A stretch of DNA of 60,034 nt from Pyrinomonadaceae bacterium. Lineage in GTDB: Bacteria; Acidobacteriota; Blastocatellia; Pyrinomonadales; Pyrinomonadaceae. The notes beneath the pieces are model-generated. The model did no database searches and had not been told where the DNA came from. It saw only the letters and a program-made list of their open reading frames with translations. Shown here in pieces: positions 53,713 to 60,034 of the stretch (within the stretch, counting starts at the first letter, position 1; every line of letters starts with the position of its first letter). The position numbers were made by a program, and so were the translations under genes. The stretch covers positions 1-60,034 of the forward strand of contig DASUSJ010000296.1 of NCBI GenBank assembly GCA_036375155.1, written 5' to 3'.

Positions 53713-54243
53713 ATGAAAACACTACAAACACTTCTCTTCGTTACCTATTTCTGCCTGATAATGATCATTCTCGGCGGGACAATCTTTGCTGTAATGGTAG
53801 AGTACCCGAACTGGTTCGCAAGCGTTCCGTCTTCGCTGGAAGCGACAAGAAGCTTTTATAAAGTTCTTCATCCCGGATATTTTTTCCAGATCTTCGGACC
53901 GCTAAGTCTCGTCGCCGGCATTGCGTTCGCTGTAGCCGGATGGCGACTCAACGGCGCGCGAAACCTAGTTCTCATAAGCATCTTGATCTTCGTTGCTATA
54001 GAGCTGCTTACTTTCCTTTACATCTACCCACGTCTCGGAATCATGTTCGGTCCCGAAGCCGCCTCGCAAGCCACCGATTCGCTTCAACGTGCTGCGGCAG
54101 AATTCACAGCGGCAGATCGGATCCGAACCGCGCTCACGTTCGTCGCCGGTGCTTTTTCCATCGCAGCGTTATTCAGATTTTTCAGGTATCAGTACTCGAA
54201 CGAATTTCGACGGCGGACCGATACAGAAGCACGGCTGTCGTAG
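53713..54243 (+). CDS. Four-TM membrane protein, possibly DUF1772/anthrone-oxygenase-like
   Basis: Four hydrophobic helices are present. The family label comes from a loose recollection only. Confidence 0.7.
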   Translation: MKTLQTLLFVTYFCLIMIILGGTIFAVMVEYPNWFASVPSSLEATRSFYKVLHPGYFFQIFGPLSLVAGIAFAVAGWRLNGARNLVLISILIFVAIELLTFLYIYPRLGIMFGPEAASQATDSLQRAAAEFTAADRIRTALTFVAGAFSIAALFRFFRYQYSNEFRRRTDTEARLS

Positions 54244-54378
54244 GTCCTGGACAACGATAGGAACCGCCGGAAACTGCCGCAACGACGATCGGTTTACGCT
54301 TCCGCAAACTCGAAGCTTCCGTTCTTGTAGCGGTCCGCACACCTCGGCTGTTCTCCAACGCGCAAAACTTAATTTCAC

Positions 54379-54408
54379 TTGAGAAGCCGGATGCTTTGCG
54401 GCTATGCT
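54379..54408 (+). promoter_or_regulatory. Possible sigma-70-type promoter of glgC
   Basis: TTGAGA (54379-54384), an 18-nt spacer, then TATGCT (54403-54408). The ATG lies 20 nt downstream with no obvious SD. This is pattern matching only. Confidence 0.2.
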
Positions 54409-54427
54409 GTTTAGCATCACCTAAACT

Positions 54428-55723
54428 ATGGCTAGAAACGAGAATGTCGTTGCGGTTGTTCTTGGCGGAGGTGCCGGATCGCGTTTGTTCCCACTCACGC
54501 GCGAACGGTCAAAGCCCGCAGTCCCGCTCGGGGGAAAATACCGCCTCATCGACGTTCCCGTCTCGAATTGCATCAACTCCAACGTCACGCAGATCTTCGT
54601 GCTAACGCAATATAATTCAGCTTCACTGAACCGGCACATTTCGCAGACGTATCGTTTCTCAAGCTTCTCTTCCGGCTTCGTCGAGATACTCGCAGCCGAA
54701 CAACGCCGGGACAGTCCCGACTGGTTTCAGGGGACCGCCGATGCTGTTCGGCAGATACTTCCCCACCTTCGCGATTGGCGCGTCAAATCGCTGCTTATAC
54801 TCTCGGGCGATCATCTTTACCGAATGGATTACCGCCAGTTTATCGAGCGGCATTACTCAACGAACGCGGATGTCACGATCTCGGTAGTTCCCTCAAATCC
54901 AGCAGACGCCGGCGGCTTCGGCCTTCTGAAAACCGACACCGACGGAAAGATAATAGAGTTTCGCGAGAAGCCCAGAGGTGAAGCACTCGAGCAAATGCGC
55001 GTCGATACAACTAGCTTCGGCCTAACGCAGGAAGAAGCAGAGCGTCGGCCGTTCCTCGCGTCGATGGGGATCTATGTTTTTGATTATCAAAAGCTCATCG
55101 AGCTGCTCCACGTCGACACCTCGGCGGTCGATTTCGGCGGCGAGGTCATACCGGCGGCGATCGACAAGTACAACGTCCAGGCACATCTGTTTGACGGATA
55201 CTGGGAGGATATCGGAACGATACGGGCGTTCTACGAGGCAAATCTGGATCTTGCTTCACCGCTGCCCAAGTTCAATTTATTAGATGCGGAATCTCCGATC
55301 TACACCCGCAGCCGTTACCTGCCACCATCAAAAATGCACGATTGCGATATCTCGAATTCGATGGTCAGCGAAGGCTGCATTCTGAACGGAGTGCAAGCAC
55401 GAAACTCGATCATCGGTCTGAGAAGCAGGATCGACGACGGCGTCAGCATCGAAAGCTCGATCGTGATGGGGTCGGATTATTACGAATCGATCGAGGAGAT
55501 GAGATCGAACATCGAGCGAGGGATCCCATACATCGGAATCGGGTCGAATACCGCGATTCGACGCGCGATCATCGATAAGAATGTACGGATCGGGAAGAAC
55601 GTTAAGCTTCTGAATACAGCCGGAGTCGAGAATTACGATGACCCGAACGGATGTTTCTTTATTCGCGAAGGAATAATCATCGTCCCAAAGGGCGCCACCA
55701 TCGCGGATGGAACGGAGGTCTGA
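54428..55723 (+). CDS. glgC: Glucose-1-phosphate adenylyltransferase
   Basis: [44 protein letters not shown] is the canonical N-terminus. [19 protein letters not shown] is present, and the C-terminus is left-handed beta-helix-like. Confidence 0.95.
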   Translation: MARNENVVAVVLGGGAGSRLFPLTRERSKPAVPLGGKYRLIDVPVSNCINSNVTQIFVLTQYNSASLNRHISQTYRFSSFSSGFVEILAAEQRRDSPDWFQGTADAVRQILPHLRDWRVKSLLILSGDHLYRMDYRQFIERHYSTNADVTISVVPSNPADAGGFGLLKTDTDGKIIEFREKPRGEALEQMRVDTTSFGLTQEEAERRPFLASMGIYVFDYQKLIELLHVDTSAVDFGGEVIPAAIDKYNVQAHLFDGYWEDIGTIRAFYEANLDLASPLPKFNLLDAESPIYTRSRYLPPSKMHDCDISNSMVSEGCILNGVQARNSIIGLRSRIDDGVSIESSIVMGSDYYESIEEMRSNIERGIPYIGIGSNTAIRRAIIDKNVRIGKNVKLLNTAGVENYDDPNGCFFIREGIIIVPKGATIADGTEV

Positions 55724-55724
55724 C

Positions 55725-55900
55725 GATTTGGGATTTGGGATTTGGGATTTGGGATCTGGGATCTGGGATCTGGGATTTGGGACCTGGGACTTCGGATTTG
55801 AGATTTGAGATTTGAGCTTTGAGATTCGGGAATTCCTATGTAGTCGGTACGCAAACCCGAAGAGCCAAATCCAAAATCCAAAATCCAAAATCCAAAATCC
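55725..55900. repeat. Long G-rich heptamer array (about 15 units), loop, and (CCAAAAT)5 inverse arm, filling the gap between convergent genes
   Basis: The unit order is GGGATTT x3, GGGATCT x3, GGGATTT, GGGACCT, GGGACTT, CGGATTT, GAGATTT x2, GAGCTTT, GAGATTC (55730-55827). It starts 2 nt after the glgC TGA. ccaaatccaaaatccaaaatccaaaatccaaaatcc (55865-55900) abuts the stop codon at 55901. Confidence 0.92.
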
Positions 55901-57079
55901 CTAAGACGTTCGTAACTTTCTTTTCTTCGGGACGACGTAACTGTCGCGAGCGCGAATGGCTACATCCGGCTTGTTCACCCGCACCTTGATCCGCCTCGTC
56001 TTTCCTGGAACGCCCTCGCTCGTCGGGTAGTAACCGAGACTGTAAAACTCGCGCAGCTCACCGGCTATTTTCGAAAATGCGTTGTTCAAATTCCCGAGCG
56101 AGCTTGCGAGGTAGATCGTGCCTCCGGTGAACGTCGCTAGCTTGTCCAAATATTCTTCGGCGCGCCGGTACTCTTCGAGTGTCGTACCCTTACCATCGGA
56201 CTGTCGCACGACCGGACCAGGCGTTTGAGGAATGGACGTCGGATAATTCCCGCCGGTCGGTATTGTGGGTGGCGTTGTCGTCCGGCCCGGCGCGGGAAGC
56301 GCGATCGTCGACTTGTTCTTCATTGACTGGACGTCGGCGAACGTGTCGTAGCGGATCGGATATATGAGCGCGTCGATCTCCATCGCATCACGCACGTTTG
56401 CCAGGTCGTTGGATCGCGTGCTCGTTGTATCGACGCCATCTGTGAAAAGTACGATCGCCTTTCTCCCTCGGATGGAGCGGAGGCGGTCGTTCATCGTCAT
56501 TGCAACCGCTTCATAGAGACTTGTTCCCGTTGACACCCGTGTACTCCGGATAGCGCGATAGATCGTATTTCGGTCGCTCGTAGCCTCGCAGAGCATGTGC
56601 ACTTCCTCGTCAAAAGAAATCACCATCACCTTGTCCTCGGGGCGAAGCTGATCAATAAACGAGATCGCGGCCGACTGGATCTCGCTGATCTTGAACGTGG
56701 TCGAATAGCTCATGTCCAGGACCAGTGCGACAGTGAAGGGCTGCGCCTCATTGGTAAAATACGCGATCTCCTGTTCGACGCCATCTTCGAAGACCTTGAA
56801 GCTCTCCTTACCGAGCCCGGCGATGAAGCGGTTCTTGCGATCCAGGATCCGAACCGGGATCGTAACGAGCCGCGTATCGACCTCGATGACCTCGCCTGTT
56901 TCAACTGCGTTAGGATCGGATTGGACCTCCGACGGTGGCGGAGTAGGCGAGGCCGCCGGCGCCGCAGGGCGATCGTTCTGCTTGCCTGTTCCCGTCCCCG
57001 GCGGGACACGGCGGGACTGCGGATAGACGACAGAAACCGCCGTAAGGATTAACAGGCAAACAAGGACGATTCTTTTCAT
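55901..57079 (-). CDS. Secreted VWA domain protein (acidobacterial VWFA-related type)
   Basis: A signal peptide is present. VDTRLVTIPVRILDRKNRFIAGLGKESFKVFEDGVEQEIAYF is followed by VALVLDMSYST. The C-terminus is RRIKVRVNKPDVAIRARDSY. It is a paralog of 57217-58395. Confidence 0.9.
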   Translation of the reverse strand: MKRIVLVCLLILTAVSVVYPQSRRVPPGTGTGKQNDRPAAPAASPTPPPSEVQSDPNAVETGEVIEVDTRLVTIPVRILDRKNRFIAGLGKESFKVFEDGVEQEIAYFTNEAQPFTVALVLDMSYSTTFKISEIQSAAISFIDQLRPEDKVMVISFDEEVHMLCEATSDRNTIYRAIRSTRVSTGTSLYEAVAMTMNDRLRSIRGRKAIVLFTDGVDTTSTRSNDLANVRDAMEIDALIYPIRYDTFADVQSMKNKSTIALPAPGRTTTPPTIPTGGNYPTSIPQTPGPVVRQSDGKGTTLEEYRRAEEYLDKLATFTGGTIYLASSLGNLNNAFSKIAGELREFYSLGYYPTSEGVPGKTRRIKVRVNKPDVAIRARDSYVVPKKRKLRTS

Positions 57080-57167
57080 GTTCTAGCAGCCGTCTACAAG
57101 ATTGAAACGATTGTACGATGCCTCGACACCGTAGGAAAGATGTATCCGCGATCGGCCGGATTCACCA

Positions 57168-57193
57168 ACAAAAAAGGCGGGATTGATCCCGCC
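57168..57193 (-). terminator. Intrinsic terminator of the 57217-58395 gene
   Basis: On the minus strand, ggcggga-tcaa-tcccgcc is followed by ttttttg, 24 nt after the stop codon. Confidence 0.75.
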
Positions 57194-57216
57194 TTGCTGT
57201 TAAGGAATGGTTGTGC

Positions 57217-58395
57217 TTAGAAACCAGTGTTCCTCGCCGACGCATGACCGAAGACGTAGGTATTTTTCGCTTTAACGATCACATCCGGCCGTGTCACGCG
57301 AACGCTGATCCGGCGGCGTTCACCAACCTGACCGACTTTATCGGGATAATATCCCAGCGAGTACTGGCGCCGCAGTTCTTCCGCGATCCCGGCGAACGAG
57401 GCTTCTAGATTGGAAACCGAGTCGGCCTCGAATTTCCTTCCACCGCTGTTCGCGGCCAGGGTTTCCAAATATCTCAGTCCCGTGGCATATTCCCGTGAAC
57501 TCGAACCCATGCCACCGCCGCCGATCTGCACGCCGCCGCCGAGGATGATCCCGATCCAGTCATCAATATCGCCTCGCCTCCGGCCGCCGCCGCCGAAAGT
57601 ACCACGCTGAGTGTTGTAACGGATCGGATAAAAAAGCGCGTCAACCTCTTCCACATCGGCAACCGTACTCTGATAATTCGATCGGCGAGATGTCGTGTCG
57701 ACGCCATCCGTGAAGAGAACAACCGCCTTCCGGCCCGGAATACTCGCCAGTTCCCTGTTGATGACCGCATCAACCGCGTCGTAAAGGCTTGTTCCGTCGC
57801 CGAACTGGGCCTGATATATAGCGTCGCGAAGCAAGCGTCGATCATTCGTAGGCCGGCAGAGAACCCTGTAGGTTTCATCGAAGGCCACGACCATCACTCT
57901 GTCATTGGCTCGGAGTTGGTTGACGAAGGCGATAGCTCCGTCGTGGATCTCATCCATCCGGAACGCCGTTGACGGACTAACATCGATCATCAGCACAACC
58001 GTGAACGGCTGTTCGACCGATTGAAAGTAATCGACCTTCTGCTCAATGCCGTTCTCGAATATCTTGAAATCCTTCTGCTGCAAGCCGGAGATAAATCTGC
58101 CGTCCCGATCAAGCACGGAGACCGGCATTGTAACCAGATTCGTCTCGATCTTGATGATCTCGTCTTCTTCGGGATTCGTTGGTACAGAACCGGGTGTGGG
58201 ATTCGTCTGCTGCGTCCGGCTGCCGCTTAAAACTGGCGCTCTGCGATCGGTGGATGAAGGAAGCTCGTTCCGTAGCGAAGGGGCATCGGGCGAAGGCGTC
58301 GGAGCCACGCGCGGACGCGTGCCGCGATTAGTCTGAGCGAACGAGGAAAGACTCAGCAACCCCAAGCAAACAAGTGCAAGCGTTATCCTTTTCAT
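57217..58395 (-). CDS. Secreted VWA domain protein (acidobacterial VWFA-related type)
   Basis: A signal peptide is present. IETNLVTMPVSVLDRDGRFISGLQQKDFKIFENGIEQKVDYF is followed by VVLMIDVSPST. The C-terminus is RRISVRVTRPDVIVKAKNTY. It is 392 aa, the same length as its neighbour. Confidence 0.9.
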   Translation of the reverse strand: MKRITLALVCLGLLSLSSFAQTNRGTRPRVAPTPSPDAPSLRNELPSSTDRRAPVLSGSRTQQTNPTPGSVPTNPEEDEIIKIETNLVTMPVSVLDRDGRFISGLQQKDFKIFENGIEQKVDYFQSVEQPFTVVLMIDVSPSTAFRMDEIHDGAIAFVNQLRANDRVMVVAFDETYRVLCRPTNDRRLLRDAIYQAQFGDGTSLYDAVDAVINRELASIPGRKAVVLFTDGVDTTSRRSNYQSTVADVEEVDALFYPIRYNTQRGTFGGGGRRRGDIDDWIGIILGGGVQIGGGGMGSSSREYATGLRYLETLAANSGGRKFEADSVSNLEASFAGIAEELRRQYSLGYYPDKVGQVGERRRISVRVTRPDVIVKAKNTYVFGHASARNTGF

Positions 58396-58476
58396 AGCTA
58401 AACTCCAGGCGCAGTTGGTTTTTGGGGGAAAGCAACCGTTATGACGGGTTCGCGTTTACTTTAGTTGCTAAATATT

Positions 58477-59706
58477 TTACCTCAAAAGCTCTATGGAGAG
58501 GTCATGAAATTTGCGGCGGACGGAGTTGATATTGATGAAGGGCAGCGGGCGGGCGTGGGTGCGATTTGTCACGAGAACGAAAATACGCTCCTTGACCGGA
58601 TCGATCCAGAGCGAAGTGCCCGTAAATCCATTATGTCCAAAGCTTTCGGGAGACATTGTCGTGCCGGCGGTGGAATCTTTGGTCGAAGCCAGCTGAAATG
58701 CGAAGGAGCGGTCCTCGTTGAGGCCTTTTGTGAAATTTGTCCGGAAAAGCTCGCATGTTTCCCGTTTCAGTAGCTGGGTGTAGTTGGGTAGAAACTGCTG
58801 TGCGATCCTAAAGACCTCTTTAGCGGTCGAAAACAGCCCCGCATGCCCGGCAACACCGCCCATAAAATACGCGTTGCCGTCGTGAACCTCTCCCCAGATC
58901 TGGTAATCGCGGAATGCGGAATGCGAAGTTGGAAATCCGTTATTCAGACTCCCAGCCCCGTTTAGCAGGGATGTGACTTCGGCGCCAGAGTAGTCCTGCA
59001 AAAATCCGAGCTCGATGCACGTCTGTTTTTCGTATTCGTTTCCCTTCTCGCTAGCTGCGATTCTGGGCCGAAGGTCGCTCGGCGGATTGAAACCCGAGTC
59101 TGCTAAACCAAGTGGGACGAAGAGGTCGTTCGCGTATTCTGCGAAACCCGAATCCGTGACGTGCTCTATAATAGCGGCCAGTGTAATGAAGTTGAGATCG
59201 CTATACGTCACAGGTTCTTGCTCGCTATTCGGAAGGCTTCGTGCGATTTCCTCTATGACTTGATCGGGATCGGCCACGAGCAGGTACAACGGTTTCCACG
59301 CCGGCAAACCGGAGGTATGCATCATCAGATCGTTGACCCTAACCTCGGCGTGGGCCGACGTGTAAAATTCGTTGAGCAGATCCCCCACCCTGCCGGTGGG
59401 ATCTAGCTGCCCACTTTCGACTAGCTTTGCTATCGCGAGGCCGGTCACGAGCGGCTTTGTTAAGCTCGCCAGATCGTAGATCGTGTCGACCTTCGCTTCG
59501 ATCCGTTCAGGGTCAACAACGGCATAACCAAGCGCGTCATGAAATTTGATCTCGCCCTTCTCCGCGACGAGATAAACCGCCGACGGAAAATCACCGGCGT
59601 CGATTCGGGATTGGAGGAAGTCAGAAATCGTTTCACTCATCAAATCAATGGAAGCGTCGCCGACGGACTGGGGCGCAGGCGTTCCGCCTGCATCAGTGCG
59701 GAACAC
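58477..59706 (-). CDS. Serine hydrolase (beta-lactamase fold), apparently cytoplasmic
   Basis: The SxxK motif is in IYDLASLTKPLVTGLAIAKLVESGQL. Also present are YSDLNFITLAAIIE and FGHNGFTGTSLWIDP. The start is uncertain, either GTG 59706 or ATG 59640. Confidence 0.88.
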   Translation of the reverse strand: MFRTDAGGTPAPQSVGDASIDLMSETISDFLQSRIDAGDFPSAVYLVAEKGEIKFHDALGYAVVDPERIEAKVDTIYDLASLTKPLVTGLAIAKLVESGQLDPTGRVGDLLNEFYTSAHAEVRVNDLMMHTSGLPAWKPLYLLVADPDQVIEEIARSLPNSEQEPVTYSDLNFITLAAIIEHVTDSGFAEYANDLFVPLGLADSGFNPPSDLRPRIAASEKGNEYEKQTCIELGFLQDYSGAEVTSLLNGAGSLNNGFPTSHSAFRDYQIWGEVHDGNAYFMGGVAGHAGLFSTAKEVFRIAQQFLPNYTQLLKRETCELFRTNFTKGLNEDRSFAFQLASTKDSTAGTTMSPESFGHNGFTGTSLWIDPVKERIFVLVTNRTHARPLPFININSVRRKFHDLSIELLR

Positions 59707-59812
59707 GAAAAGAGACTGTCAATCGACAAAGGTTGTGGCTTGACGCCGCTTCAGCGGCTTTGCAGGGCGCGCCGCCTCCATCGGTTGCTCGCGTTCCAGC
59801 CACTGGCCTGGC

Positions 59813-60034
59813 TCACATACTCAGCCGCCGCATATGCGCATCGATCTTTTCGAGAACACCGACCGCGAGCGCCAGTGCGCGCCGGCCGTCGGCCCCGGTC
59901 ACGGGCGGCTCGACTCCACGCTCTATAGAATCAAGAAACGCGGTGATCTCGGTCCGCAGCGGTTCGACGTCGTTTACCTCGAGCCGGTTTATCGAAATTC
60001 CCAACAACGGATGCGAAGCCTCGGGATTCAGCGA
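59813..60034 (-). CDS. Gfo/Idh/MocA-family oxidoreductase, C-terminal end. The N-terminus lies beyond the right edge.
   Basis: The frame is open to the window edge. EPLRTEITAFLDSIERGVEPPVTGADGRRALALAVGVLEKI is the typical C-terminal helix region. Confidence 0.65.
   Translation of the reverse strand, partial: SLNPEASHPLLGISINRLEVNDVEPLRTEITAFLDSIERGVEPPVTGADGRRALALAVGVLEKIDAHMRRLSM

Noticed and set aside
55328-55888. A 186-aa ORF, and similar ORFs at 55633-55881, 31997-32398, 32038-32220 and 32055-32384, translating as SQISNPKSQIPNPRSQ...
   Set aside because: They are translations of the heptamer arrays. They are low-complexity, have no start context, and overlap the 3' end of glgC or intergenic DNA.
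1-60034. Genomic island or mobile element interpretation of the window
   Set aside because: There is no integrase, transposase, phage or conjugation gene, no flanking tRNA, and no long direct repeats. The dispersed hairpins may be MITE/REP-like, but I could not establish terminal inverted repeats or target-site duplications by eye.

Overview
About 60 kb of bacterial chromosome, most likely from an Acidobacteriota-type soil organism. That guess rests on three VWA proteins of the acidobacterial VWFA-related type, many signal-peptide hydrolases and peptidases, and CadC-like/TPR and Ser-Thr-kinase/TPR sensors. All family names come from motif recognition by eye, because no database search was possible.

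I call about 46 protein-coding genes, two probable gene remnants and a few terminators. I saw no rRNA, tRNA, CRISPR array, transposase or integrase.

Main gene content:
- A kaiC-kaiB-hybrid histidine kinase operon with no kaiA.
- A 1600-aa CheB/CheR-PAS-histidine kinase.
- An ABC-2 exporter with two permeases, and a TonB-dependent receptor.
- glgC.
- An M14 carboxypeptidase and a CocE/NonD hydrolase.
- Three or four beta-lactamase-fold serine hydrolases.

Observations most worth follow-up:
1. A SelW/Rdx-like ORF whose CxxU redox motif uses an in-frame TGA. The ORF track misses it (49904-50137).
2. A secreted protein whose mature N-terminus would be a TIMP/NTR-like CSC module (6586-7956).
3. 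A 694-aa secreted tandem-repeat protein, divergent from a CsgG/LpoB-fold gene (29031-31953).
4. The KaiA-less KaiCB system, in which KaiC has a long charged C-terminal extension.
5. A dense, modular set of intergenic repeats. These are G-rich heptamer arrays with G-quadruplex potential placed just after stop codons, long hairpins built from TTCGTG-type nonamers, and GCGGAT modules. They occupy most intergenic spaces and recur in a fixed order.
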